Shown: one piece after another, positions 14,726-28,713 of the stretch | Position numbering within the stretch: the first letter of the stretch is position 1 | How the letters are laid out: the number at the start of each line of letters is the position of its first letter | From: Ophelia neglecta | Lineage: Eukaryota | Assembly (NCBI GenBank): GCA_965285935.1 | Contig: OZ260661.1 | Span: 27,962,001-28,026,000, forward strand | DNA: 64,000 nucleotides | Direction of reading: 5' to 3' | The notes under the pieces: generated by a model | Databases searched by the model: none | Told to the model about the DNA's origin: nothing | Seen by the model: only the letters and a program-made list of their open reading frames with translations | Made by a program: the position numbers and the translations under genes

Positions 14726-16010
14726 TTGGATGCCATGAAAGCCTTAAGGAAAAACTGCATCCAAAGTTCTAACAGAGTGGCGCGTCATAATCTGACAGGA
14801 TCAAACAATCAAGGAGAACAAAATGAACACGAAAGGAAGGATTCGGTGGAAAACACCACAGTTCACGGTTGTGGCCATGCCTTGAGGGCCAAAAACATAC
14901 CCGTTAAAGGGCTGTGGGTTATTGTTATCTGTAGAGCTCAGGCCCTCATGTTGTTTAATGTGAGGCACGTCTTCATCAGACATTGCCAACAGCCTGCAGC
15001 ACAAACGACTTCGATCATGCAACAACAGATTCCTTTTCCCGATGTTACCATTTGCAATTTACAAGCAGGATCCCCAGCGTTAGCTTAAGGCAAGACAACC
15101 GTCCTGAACAAGTTTGTTCCATGCATTGATTATAAAAAATAGCCATATAGCCATATTAAGTCATATTTAGTTTGAAATCAACTTTGGTATATGAAAAAAC
15201 GTACTTTAATTTGAAATAGAAGAGATATTTACAAAATTTGAACATTTCATCATTTCTTTCTCTTATACCAGCGTACCCTGTAAATAAGTGGCTGTGTTTG
15301 TTATATATTTCCAGGAATCTGTGCCTGATATTTTTTAAACCATAATTATTCTTGTACGCAGGCGCCTCTCTAGCCGTTGGTCCAAGCAACGGGCTATCAT
15401 TGATAACTTAGCAAGTATCGACCTATATGTATGACAAGAACAAATGCCCCATCTCACAACTCGGAAGGTGCTCGTCTACTTGTTCATAATCCTGGATCCC
15501 CATTGCTCAACTGGACAGGTCAGGTATAGACTTGATGCTCGGTCATTCCACATCAGTTTGCCTAGATGGCGAGAAAATTTTCCGTTCAGATAATAAATTT
15601 CTTCTAGAAACGGTGAACTTCAATGCTGATTTTTATATGCGAGTACACTTTTAAAATCGATTCCGAAGTGCGGATGTTACCCGCCCTTTCTGAATATGAG
15701 TTACAAGGAGACCATCTTAGCATCTATCTGGCCGTCATCTACAACCGAAAAAGGCTTTTTCCAAGACTATGTCTTATCTAAATACAACGCCAACTTCTCC
15801 GGCTACCAACGCTTGAAATATTCGTACGATCAGAATATGCCAGTCGTGGATTATTGAGAGCCAATGTATTTATGAAGACCACAGAAGTGGAGGTTAGAGT
15901 AAATTATCCTTCTTTAGTGTGGAATGATATGTTGTCTGCTGTGGAGGTCACCTTGGCGTTTCGGTACGGATGGCGTTCCTCAGTCTGTGTGAGTTGTTGC
16001 TTTCTGAAGG
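14726..16010 (+). pseudogene. Intronless, decayed DEG/ENaC (FaNaC-like) pseudogene
   Basis: Collinear motifs in shifting frames: NTTVHGCGH, TM1 remnant, IPFPDVTICNLQ then stop at 15088; GPSNGLSLIT* (~15380); EGARLLVHNPGS; GIDLMLGHSTSV; CGCYPP...SIWPS; LLRANVFM...; degenerate TM2 (MLSAV..TLAF..G.AFLSLCELL). Several stops and frameshifts, and apparent deletions in the finger and thumb. Confidence 0.8.
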
Positions 16011-16239
16011 AATCTGGTATGGTTAATTTATAAAGGTAAAGAATAAAGCCTGAAGCTCGTAAAAACATAGAGCGGACTTAATATTTTTGTTTGGAGATGA
16101 CTCAGTATATAGGGCCATATTTGGCTTTATATGGTCATTTTGCTAACGTTGTTTTTAAAATTTCCTCGTACGCATATTACTATAATGGCAAGGCATTCAA
16201 TTATTTGATGTAGAGAATATTTATTCCTGATAGAGTACT

Positions 16240-17260
16240 GAACGAAATAAACTGAATGGCTTTTAAATTTATATGGGCGGCAACTTCCCAGCAACTGGCC
16301 TCTACCTCTGAGCGGGTAGCGCGTGACTGTATCATTAGAGATTACAACGAAGGAGGACTTCAAATGGTTGATGCTGAAGTTATGTATAAACAAATGTTAT
16401 TTAAATGGATTGGTAGGATGTTTAAGAGACAGGGAGCCTGGAAGATTATACCTTAAGATTATTATACAAGCTTTGGTAAAGGATTAAGTGTGTTTTACAG
16501 TAATGTTGACTGGAAACAGTTTAAGGGCACGCGTGAGGCATACTGGAAAAGCTGATACGAAATACCAGATACGAGACGCAGATACGAGATACGAGGTGTT
16601 TAAAACGTAGCCATATGGACTAGGTTAGGGTTAGGGTGAAGGGTTAAGTAAGATATGATTTAGTTAGGTTGCTAGCTTAACCCTACCCCTAACCCTGTCA
16701 TAACCCAACTCTATTTTATTTTTTTCGTATCTGTGTATCTCGTATTTCCTTCGTATTTCGTATCAGGTTTTCCAGTATGCCCACGCGTGAGTCCGATCCA
16801 CACTACTGGAAAAATCTATTGAATACTTTGATATCTGTAAATGCCAAATGTAGGGACTTTAAATATCCTCTATTGTTCAATAATGCCGATGTCACTTTCA
16901 AAGGAAATGTTATTTTCATGCGGGGGTGAATTAAGCTCGACATAGTGTCAGTAAAAGATGTGGACAATGTTTTATCCTTTGAAAAGATCAGGGAGAAAGA
17001 TAGTCCTTCATTGCTCTTGGATTATAATATAGTCAAGAATGCTCTGAGACCTGATGTATTGTATAAACTGTCTAGTGTGATGTACAGGAAAGGTGTATAT
17101 TTGTGTAATCTGCGGGTTACTGAAGTTACAACGTGTAAAATGTTTAAAACAGAGGTCATGAATCAACTAACAGATTATAAACTGAATATTTCTAAATACT
17201 GGGTTAGAGTATATGGGGACAAAGCGATCTCGACAGAGGTTTGTCGAAAAAGTCGAACTG
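16240..17260 (+). mobile_element. 5'-truncated, decayed Tx1/L1-like LINE ORF2 fragment
   Basis: FKFIW...RVAR...EGGLQMVD...FKWIGR...W matches the post-RT region of Tx1/L1-clade ORF2; continues with stops to ~17260; interrupted by a MITE. Confidence 0.7.
16537..16781. mobile_element. MITE with ~29-bp TIRs, 9-bp TSD (CACGCGTGA) and TTAGGG-like core
   Basis: TIR GGCATACTGGAAAAGCTGATACGAAATAC / GTATTTCGTATCAGGTTTTCCAGTATGCC; TSD at 16528-16536 and 16782-16790. Confidence 0.88.
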
Positions 17261-20200
17261 TGTCGAAAAATAACAATATAAAAATAAATAAAAATAATTG
17301 CCAGGCATGTGCTTTTAATGTCAATGACCCGTTTTTAGTCGCGCCAAATTGTGTACAGGAACTTTCATAAACAACGTGTACTTTGCATAGAAGAGAAATA
17401 AAAAAAAGTAATATTATACAATTCCATTCTTCTTGAATCAACTTTTAATGAAAGTTAAAGAATAGAACACATAAGCTATAAGAGTTTCAATAGCTAATAT
17501 GTACTCTAGTTAGCTTTGTCGTGACCTAACATTATAATCCTGGCAAAATAATCTTCATTCGGATTAAGCCTTATATATTGTTAATATTTCAATAAAAGTG
17601 TAAATTTGACTTTAATTTACCAAACGTGAGAACATATCTGAAGAATAATGAACAGCCCGCGTTACCCATGCTTGATTTGTAATAAAGTGTAGTTTAACTT
17701 TATAGAACGTGGTAATTTTTGCCTAATCCATCTTACTCTCTATAAAAATTATGGTGTTTACAGAAAAGAAGCCTAAATTCTTACGAGTACCTCTGGTAAT
17801 CACCATTTTAAACATATCTAAGAGCAGAATGATACTAAATGTGAATTACAATTAAAAAGACTTGATGTATTTGTGATATTTTAAGTTCAGTTTTTTCAAC
17901 AGTATTTTTGCCCTTCATTAAATTAATTTTCACTGGTATCAATCCCGAAATTTTTATCAAGACGAAAAATGCCATCTTATCATTACCTACGACAGGGTAA
18001 GTAATGCTAAGATTGCATTCCAATCGCTAATTTAAATCTATATCAAATTTTATTATTCCATTGATATCTGACACCGGTATATTTTGAAATATTCTCACAA
18101 TGGTACTTGCCTATCACGCTAGGGAAATGAAACATCGAAGTATAGTTTCTTTGATATTGCATCACAACTTTGTGATGGGTTATTTGTAAGTTAATGCTAT
18201 TTGTGGCTGCTCACGACCACAATATGTTTATTAGTGTTACTGCTAATGGAGCTAATGGTACAGTGTATTAACACACTTAGCCTAGTATTTGGTTAGTAGC
18301 CACCTAATATTAGACAAATATTTGCGTTTGAGAAAAGAATTGGTAAAGACCTGTTTACTGGGCAGCGTCGGTCAGGATAGACTCGGTGACCCTCGACAGT
18401 GTCTAAGCTGCCGTGTTAACATTTCAGCCAGCTCGGCTGTGCATTAAGATGATGAAGACGAACTGCATGCCAATATATCACAAATAGCTGTTATGTACTC
18501 GACCACTTTTTCCTTGCATCACAAACTTAACTAAAATAAAGAAATAACAAATGTGTGGAGAAGAACTCAAAAACCATGCCAACAAAAAGAATTTCAAATT
18601 GCATTTCAGCCATTATATGCAAATTTAATGCTCTTACTTGCAATCTGCACTAGCCACCATTACCTATATTTATGGTACAGAACTGATCGCAAAATACATT
18701 TTGCAAAACAGCATTTACTCGCTTTATAATAATATGTTACTTGCTTTAGATGGTAATTAATAGTAAAATCATAGTAACATTTGAAAATGTAATGTGTGTA
18801 TAAGATTTATTTCTTTTTTGAACTCTTCAACAAATCATGACGTGCACTTGACATAAAACATAAAGTGTCCATCTTTATATTTTAAACATATGAGTGTATG
18901 TGTACTCTGTTTAACTCTAAAAATCATTTTACACAATTTAGCTTCCCAAGGCATTCCGATTAATTCGATACTCACTGGGCCGTATGTGGCAGACTGTGTG
19001 CAGTACTAATCGATTTGTTGTGTTCAGAGGCTGGTAGCATATCATTAGCTATTTCAACTAATAAGATGATGGTGACATTCTACTTCGCAAAGACACAAAC
19101 TAATATTTCATCAAATAAGCCAAGGGATATTGACACACGTTACTACCATTTTACCGGTAATTTTACCGGAATCTTGTCGTTAAGCGCCTATTAACATTGT
19201 ATTTAACGAGGACCGAGTGCAGACACATTGAAATAACAGAAGAAGTGACACAGTAGGTGAATAAAATGTACCCTGTTTGAATACATTGTCGCCAGGCTAG
19301 ACAATGTCTGTAATACCTGTGTTGGATAGCAGAATTTGAGGCTCCAACCCCAAATGTCATGCAAAACCTGTGTTGGATAACGTGCTTTAACAGACACCGA
19401 CAGACATTTTTTAGGCGCCAACTCCAGATGACTACCATATCATCGCTTTTCGCAATCTAGACATCTTTGGGGATTCCTCAATACATAATGATGATATGGT
19501 GGTAATAGCGTGCATATGTGAATTACGAGCAATCTTCACATCGAAAAGAAATAATAATGCGGATAGTGAGTTGCAATAAGCCAAAATGGTTAAATTGGCA
19601 AAAAATGGTGTGTTAGGGGCCTGGATCATTTGGATGCACCCTTCTTGGCTTGACATGGCTAGTCTTTGAAGGAATACATCCACGTAACTACTCAGTTTAT
19701 TTCGAAGTAGTGTATACATATACACATTCAAAAAGAATGGCTTGTGAAATTTAGCCTTAACTCGAACCAACTTCAGCTAGATAAAATACATGACTAAAGG
19801 GGGGTATATAAACTATGCAGAACCACTTATCAAGATTTTAAAAGCGTTATTAAAAGGGATGCTATAAATTAATTTAAAAATAAAACACATGTATACGTCC
19901 ATTCAGCCATGGCCAATAGGATAAGGGTTGAAGCTTTATTGATAGTACGGTAATCTAACTTTGCTGTGTTGGATACAATTTGCCTACTGCAGTAGTAGTG
20001 TAATTTAGTAGTCGTAGTAACTCAAGAGATCAAAAAGTAGTCTTAAATGTCTGTTAAGCTGCATTATGTGCATTTATTACAGTAATGACTACGCTTATAT
20101 CCTGGTATCCTGCCTTTCTTTATCCCTCGCAATTTCCGGTGTTTGCGTATATGTGAAACCCCTAGGACTTGGGGTCATGTTAACAGTTTTGTGACTAGCA

Positions 20201-23200
20201 GTTTTTTTTTTGTTTTTTTCTTCACTATTTGGGGTTGATTTATTTGGAATTGTCTCTCTCGAATGAAAACTAAGAATATGGTAAATATATATTGTTGACT
20301 TACTTCTATCTTTGTTTTTTTTCTGTGCTTACTATTGTCAGATAATGTATAGACTCATTTCCTTATGTTTTAATAATGCAAAAAAACCCTTCTATTTTTA
20401 TTATGGAGATAAGTTTTAAAAACTGAACCGACTATGGCGAATTGATTGTTTGTTTGTCCATGTTTGTGTGTAGCCACTAGTCTGACAGGCCTGGCCTGCG
20501 ATGTTGAGTTCAATGATATTTTTTTTATTTCGAAGTCAAGAGGAAACAAAGCCCAATATGTAGTTATTATTATAAGAGCTAGTCCATTGTGTATCAGCAG
20601 ACGACAGAGCCAGCGTTAGCAAACAAACGTGAATTTAATCTGTCCGAAATCATCAGAAACAGCAGTTGCATTCATATACACATACCTAGCACCCTAGTGT
20701 GAAAGTTTTGTTACGCCCAACACTTGATATGCCAGAAGGCAGACACATATTTAACTATGCATATCGCATGAGCTGGTGAGGGTAAACTGGTGATGCAAAA
20801 ACCTGGAATAATGATTAAACGTAAACAACATGCTTCTATACGACGCGTCCAAATTTCTTTTTAACCATATGTAACTATTTTTAACCATATACCACGCGTT
20901 CACATAGGTCCAAGGCTATTAATTTCTGCTGTTAATATATAAATTAATGTCAGATGTATTCTAGCCAATAATCAGGAGTGTATTCTCGGCAGACAAATCA
21001 AATTTATAAATCAAGTAAAAGTAGTGAAATCGGTCTGAACTTATCAGAAATAATCCAGCCGCAGACCAACAAACACCAACTCGAGCTCTCTAACAGTTAA
21101 TAAACATGTAATGAAATTAATAATAATAATAGATTAAGATTTATATCATTTGCACGTTAAAGAAACTTTTTGTCAACATTGGATACCCGACATAGAATAC
21201 AAAACAACTAATTAGAATTAAAGACAAAGCAATTAAAAGCATTCCGTCCAAATGGAATGATACCTACTTTACCTCTGTCGAAAAGTAAAATAAACAAGTA
21301 CGGGTTGAACAGCTTTGTTACTCCACCCAAAAGATATGAAAGGGCTACACTAAGTGTTCTGCCTTGCCGAATTTAAATATAAAGTAAATTGTGCAGAATT
21401 TAAAAGTAACATCAGAAGTTTAAATCACCTGAAATGGACATTATCATATCCTTATATTTCAATACATTAATTGTATTAATAAATCGATATCCATTTAGTA
21501 TTTTTGTATAAGTTTTTATATAATTATTTAAGTAAAAAGTTTAAAGTAAAAAGGCCAATGTTTGTTTTAAATATTACCACATCGACTCAAATAAACGTAT
21601 CTATCTAATTATTTCATCCCGAACTGCATTCTCGCCAGTTTTCCAAATCCACCCTCGGAAAAAAAAATAACCCAATCTATTATATTAATCTGATTGCATC
21701 AGGAACTGTCATTCACAGATCCACATATATCAATCGCGGGCTCTGTAATTTTTGATGATATTATCCTGTAGCTGTGAGGCTCAAGGTGAAAAAATCAACT
21801 CTAGAACACATGAATAATCAAGGGTATAATACAGCCTTTAATTGTGAGTAGGAAATCGATTTGGCAATATAAATAGTAATAAAAAGGTTGAAGATAAACC
21901 AGTCAGGCAAATTTTGTCAATGGACCAGTGCACCTGCGGCGTACGGTTACATAGGCTCATTAGGATAGATTGTTTACTCTTAACCAAAACGTCCCCGTAT
22001 CGTAGATATATAGAGCTAGATATAATGCCCTCAGTTATGAAATTGGAATACAAGCCGGTAGCCCGCTGGTGACCAATTGCCCTGTATTAATTGGTCATTG
22101 TTGTTTTACGATCGCCTGACGCATGCACTCATATTGTATTCGCAACCAGTTCAGCAAATGAAAATAAATTTTAAATGAATAAGTAATTTAATTTACGACG
22201 GACACTGCAAGTAAGAAAGAATATCATTCATGGTCTCGCCAAAACATATTTTGTATCCCAGACAAATGGACAGTGTTCGGCGCGGAACTGAAATATAATT
22301 GTCTTATGAGAGGCATGGCTATTTAGAGTATCTTGAGAAAATGGAAAACAAACAATTGTTTATTGTAAGTACATGACATTGAGAGCTATCCAAAGTTTGT
22401 TTTTCTCATCCGTTCATATGGGTAGACCTTTGAAAATTAGAGGGCCATAAAGGAAAAATAGCAGTTTATGGGCCTCCTCTCTCCCTGGATTGCACCCCAC
22501 ACGCCCACTTCTCTCCCTCCCTCTCCCCACACCCCCTCCCCCAATGCCCCCCTCACCCCTGACGTACGATTAATAATGAACGCTCCAGTATGGAATATAC
22601 AAGATACTATGCAATAAACAAGAGTATTTTGTTGGCAACTTTTAAGGGTGGGTCAACTACTTTCACCATAGAGTACTCCCAGGGGAAGGGGGGGGGGGGG
22701 AGCGGCATTGTAATGTCATGAAGGTTCTCTTCTGCCAAATCTTCAACACAGTTTATGTAGAATAGAAAAATAAAATAAATAAATAAAATCGCCGCTTCAG
22801 ACGAGCAAAAATTATGTTAAGTCTTGTCTGTGTATGACTGCGCAAGGCAACTCAAAAACTACTATTTTGAAAATATATCTCCCATAGACAAAAAAATATA
22901 TGCGACAACTGACATATTTATAACATCATGGTGTAGTGGAAGAATGTTCACTTTGAAAGGCAGAGGTCTGGGGTCAAATCCAATCATAGGATCGTTCTAA
23001 AGCAAAAAGTAACTATCTAGTACACCATTACTACTTAAAAGCAGTATAGTCTTTCTACGTTCCGGAGTTATTCCGTCTCCACACCTGAATTTTTTTTCAC
23101 ATACGGATGCTTCTTTCAAGACGAGCCGTAGCGGTGAAATAACGACCGAATTAATTTTCTCTACGGGCCGTAAGGGAGATTTCAGGACGGCTGTGTCCTT

Positions 23201-26200
23201 TTTGTTCGTACGGGCTGTGTATTTTCCGAATACATGGATACTTGCACACCAAGTACGAGAAAATTTGGCCAATACGGGCATTTTGCACACAATATATGCT
23301 GTTCCCATCCCCATATCCAGCAGCGACCTAAAGAATTACATAAATATTTCCGCAACATTTGTCGTGTAAGTTAGGATATGTCCGAATACAGCAAATTTCT
23401 ACGTAGAAACTTGCTGTTCTCCGTAAGCGGTCACGTTTCATGCCGAACACGAATATGGTGAAAGATTATACCGGTAAGTTAACTTTACAGGCTGGCAATG
23501 TAACTTTGAAGCCGTGCATACGTTATCACACGGAGGATATAAGTGCTGGGTTAATATTTATGTAAGTAATTGCATTTGATGCAGCCCGATCAAATCAGTT
23601 TCATCCACCTTTGTCTCCCTGGTACTAATCGAAACCATTTACTCTCGATCAAATTGTATTAATCAATTTAGGTTCAGTTATACAAATAATGCAAAGCTTT
23701 GCCGAGTGCAGGTCGCATCACTGCGATGGAAACAGAAATGAATTAACCACTCGCGAAATGGCCTGCCGAATAATTCATGAGTTTTGAACTCCAGGGAAAT
23801 CAATACTCAGCAATTTATAAACAAGGACAATTACCCCCATCTTTATGATCTCATTTACAGGATATATGGACATAAAAAAACACGCTATTCTATTTGTTAA
23901 AAGAGTCTCGATATATGCACTCGCTACCACAAGAACTTAGAAAAAAATGCTCACTTTTCCTATTTGGCATTTTAGCGTTGTATTCAAAATAATATATAAT
24001 TCTAAGTCATCGAATTATGCATAATGCGCTGAATGAATTAACTGGATTATTTGGCAAGTCAACAGTAATAATACATATGATAATTTGATGATGCCCTAGA
24101 GTCACATTCAATCATAACATATGAATTATAGCCCTGTACAAAGCCCCACTCAGTCATTAAATCATGATACATGTGGTGAACAGGAGAAGGCTTTGAACTG
24201 CTGTTTATTAAAGGCTAATGTAGGACACAGTATTTGGACAAATCCAACAGGTTAGGACGATGGACAGCAAGACCGCTCTTGGACATAGCAATGGAGGTCC
24301 AACTGCAGATGCCGAGGACCCAGGTCAGTTAGGTCAAAACTTACTAACACCTTTTCATATGCAATTGTTTGCAAAAGCACATAAGATTCACAGTATGTGT
24401 TCTCGTATCAGAATAAAAAAGAAATAAAATTTATCAATTGTTACGAAATTCCATGACAGTACCTAGTTGCTAAAATAACTGGATGATAGACACAGTAACT
24501 ACGGTTAAACACTTTTAAAAGGCCAGTAGTTTTATTGTCCCTCTGCAATATAGGTCTGTATACAAGGATGCTAGCTTGTCCCGTTGTCATAATAAATTTA
24601 TTTTAAAGGACATCTGCCACCTGAACAGATTATTTGACCCGACTTGAATAAAGTCAGAACTAAATATTTAGAGCTGGTCAGGAATTGAATTTGTGCAGAA
24701 ATGAGGCATGATGGTGACTGTTCTCTACAGAAAACAAATATGTTTGTTCATAACAATGAGATAGGTCAAAGTTGTACCACCTGTTGAACTTTATGTGGCT
24801 TTCAGTATTCAAAAGTATTTGCACTCCAATGGGTAAATAAGCCGGACGCATTTATGAAATGGAAAGCAAAGGGAAGCACCTGTCAATGACATAATTGAAT
24901 ACTAGTATGTCCACTAATGATTAGTTTCAGACTCTCCCTGTTTGATAAAGATTTGATTATTTGTCTAATTTAATTCTCTGTTGGTTTCTGCAAATCAAAA
25001 CAGCCTAAATTGGTATGGAAATTCTAGAGCTGTCTACGTTATAATTTATTTGATAGTCTTTTAAGCCAACCTGTCACCATCCCACTCTAATCTCAATCTA
25101 GAACAAAAGTGAATCTCCATTTTTTTATCGGTCAACCGCATAGACATTAAAAGGCATATAAAAACATTCTGCTTTTAAATCCGTCTCCTTTTACTTAACA
25201 ATTAAGTTCGTTCGCGCCGATTGTCTGAGCAGGAGATATTGTCCTCCCACTTGCTCTCCACACTTGAATTATTAACACTCCTTCCCACCCCTCAAAACAC
25301 GGACAAACGCGCAAAACCGATTCCTTACTAAAACCTTTTTTTGGTTATGAATTTATTTTTCAAGTTTTGCACGAACCATACATGGGAACTATAACAGGTG
25401 AGGTATGTAAATTAGTGAGATGAGCACTGGCACATTAAGAATATTAATCAGGTATTATTAGTACAGAGTATGCTGATGGTTGAGATAATATTGGCATATT
25501 ATGGTGTTGTCTGATTTGTCTGACATATAGTTCTTAACACGGCCCTGGAAAGAAAATGCCTAAATATAAAAAAAGCCGTGGAAATATACATCTGTGCAAC
25601 GGGAGGATGACTTTCATAGTTACAAATTCTTTGTACTTTGAAAAATATTATTAATAGTGGAGATGGAGGGAGGAGGAGTGGGTTTGGTGTGCATATGTGG
25701 TTTATTCAAGTAAATATATCGTTAAAGTCCGCAATGTTATCCCGGTCTGCGGAGCGGAGATTTACGAATTGTCTAAAGAGCCTTAGGGACAAAAGAGTGG
25801 AGACGGAACAGAAGACATATTGCTATGTAGGCTATGAAAGCTACAGCAATTTCGGTGTTTTATGCAGACCTCAATAAAAAAAAAAAATTCTCATAAATCA
25901 AAGCTTACTCATAAGCTTATCATATACACATCATGCCAAAATAAAATGAGCTTTCTCGCTAGTGTCTCCATTGCATATTGGGTGTTTTTCCCTGTCGAAT
26001 GTCTGTTAGTTGCAGTCGATAAATCCGGCGTAATTGTAAGGCAGTTCACCACTTCACTTGGTTCAACGGAACGTCCGCCAAGGCAAAACAAACCGAAAAG
26101 AGTTAAAGCATTTTTTGATTAATCACTACCCATCGCTAACTGGTTAGAATTACTGATGATATTAATTAAATGCATTGCATAATTTTATATTTATATCCAG

Positions 26201-28713
26201 TGGTGACTGTCGGAACGATGTTTGTAGTGTTGCAGCGTATATTTTGACCTTATCACCCCAACCCCTAACCCGACCCAACCCACCCATGGCAATTTTTGCG
26301 CTTACTTTAGTTAGATGAATAAATGCCTCAAAGCGATAATAAATTAAACATTGAAACATAACAAATTTCAATTTTTCTCTATAAAGAATATGTTTATATT
26401 TGACTCTTGCTACAAGTACGACCACATTCAAAAATTTGAACGCAATAAGACTAAAAGCCTCCGACCAAACGCTTTCAGATATATCAGGGTAGAATATGTT
26501 ATCTGCTCTGAATTCAGATTAATTGAAGTGGTCCTGAATGATAAACAATTGATAATGCGTATGACCAAAGGAAACATTCTTTGAAATATGTTCGGCTGCA
26601 TATTAAATAGTTAATCGTTAATCATTGACTTCATTGTGTCCTGGCAGAGAACGCTGAAGTTTTAATTGGCTGAGGTTCACATTATCAAATTATTCACACT
26701 GCTGCACTGCCTACAGCCGCGTCTGGGGGGAATATGGACCTATTTAATTGACATTCTTGATATATGGCTCATTCTATTTAGTCTGCAATTGTGTTTAAAC
26801 GACTACTAAAGTTCCATTCTTTTTTCCTAGATGTAATACCATGCGAGCCTTAAACACCAGCTCTATGTTAATTTCCCTGACATTTAGTGAAATAACAATT
26901 TGACTAAGTTTTCGCTGATAGTGTACATGACTCTGAATAGCAAAGACCCGGTTTTTATTACTTTAGTTTACAGATTATGTACCCATAATTATATTAATAA
27001 TATTTTACTTCAAAATGGATATAGATACGCGGGTTACGAATCATTATTACAAAACAGCCCATTGAATAGGTCCGAAATCAATAAAATTCAATTACTATCG
27101 CTTTTACATTGCAAAAGGCATTTCTTTAACTACGGAGCCTCATTTCTATTCAAATGTCCATCTATTACTGTTAGGCGATATCGAGATAAGCACATTTGAA
27201 CTCAACCAATTAGAATACTGAGTAATACTATAGATTTGTTGAACGTTAGTTGAACTATGTCAGGTAATTTCTTTGTATGTGGGGTATCCCCTACGTGTTT
27301 CATATGCAACATGTTAGTAATCTGGCAAAAGTTCACGTGGTGGAGTTTCAACAGCGTATTGCGTGCAAGTTCAAGCGCAAAGGGACCCCCCCCCCCCCAT
27401 ATCCCCTTATACTCCTGTTCACATATTGCTTTTGCAGCTGAAGTGGTATTCTTGTGCTATTAGCAAATCGATTAAAGGCGTTTGGTTAATATCCTATTTG
27501 GGTATCTGTTGGCTTTAACTAGTTCTCACCTAGGATTGCCATGTCAAGTCCCCCGCATTCACCGGCCATTTACTTTTTTCCCCTCTTCCGCAGCATGGCT
27601 TGTTGTTAGCCGGCTTCTAGGGGTGCGCTCTCATGCCAAACTTTTCATTTGACCACCTGAGGCCGAAGGAAAAACAGAACCAATCACCAGCAATGACACA
27701 TGGTCGTTACAGAATATGTACGAAACATCAGCATTGTGACTTATTTCATTAGCCTAAGTTTATTATGTGGACAAATTAACAATAAATACAAACAGCTTCA
27801 ACATCAAATCTTGAGCGCGGCCATATATGTTTATTACAAGTTCCGAAATATTCCCAAATCTATACCGGACTTTCCGTACATACCCGTAGCTTGAGCAGAT
27901 CTTAGCGTAAAAAACACTTGTCTCGTGCATATGGTTAACATAGAGAACATTTTCTATGTCCGCCAAAGCAACATTCCATGGGAATGATATTAGAATACCT
28001 GCCTAAACAACAATTCTTCGTCATTTAAACTGTTCAGTGCACCGCAAAGATCCTCAGATGCTCGCTTGTTAACATCGGAAGAAAGTGTTTTCAATTTGGC
28101 GGTGCAGAGTTCAAAATATTGGCAGGTATTTTATAATATGTGTTCACGAAGTTCTATGAATATATTAAATCTTTTGGGTGCTAAGGCTGCTATTTCAGAC
28201 ACCGTTTTGAACAAAACCTGATACTTTGGGGTGCATATTTATATCACACTTTTCAGATATGAATGTTTTATGATTTCCGCAAGGGGATTGCTCAGCAAGC
28301 CGCCAGACTCTGAAATGGATAATGTCAATATAAAAGTTATATATCGATCTTATATAACATCATTTTTGCATTTATCCATTGAGGAGTCTAGTCGTGCTAG
28401 TATGTAACTGGCAAAAGTTCCAATTTAGCATTTTTTTCAGGGTTTAATTCAACGATTCTTATTAGAGTCACAATATGAAAAAACTACAACTTACCAAACA
28501 TGTCTGAAATTATGAACAAGTGTATACATAAAGAATCTTTTCATTCATTTATAATTTGGCTTAACCACGATGCTTAAATTACTTGGCTTTATTTGTTATA
28601 AAAACACCGAGAAGACGATGCAACAACACTAGAGAAGTTGTAAATTTAAGTGATATGAAAAGATTAACCTGTTATATGCTTCATTCATAAGTCCCCTCCC
28701 CTTGCCTTGATAG

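Noticed and set aside
17300-28600. Numerous 60-110-aa ORFs on both strands
   Set aside because: No recognisable motifs or consistent splice pattern; lengths are as expected by chance in AT-rich DNA.
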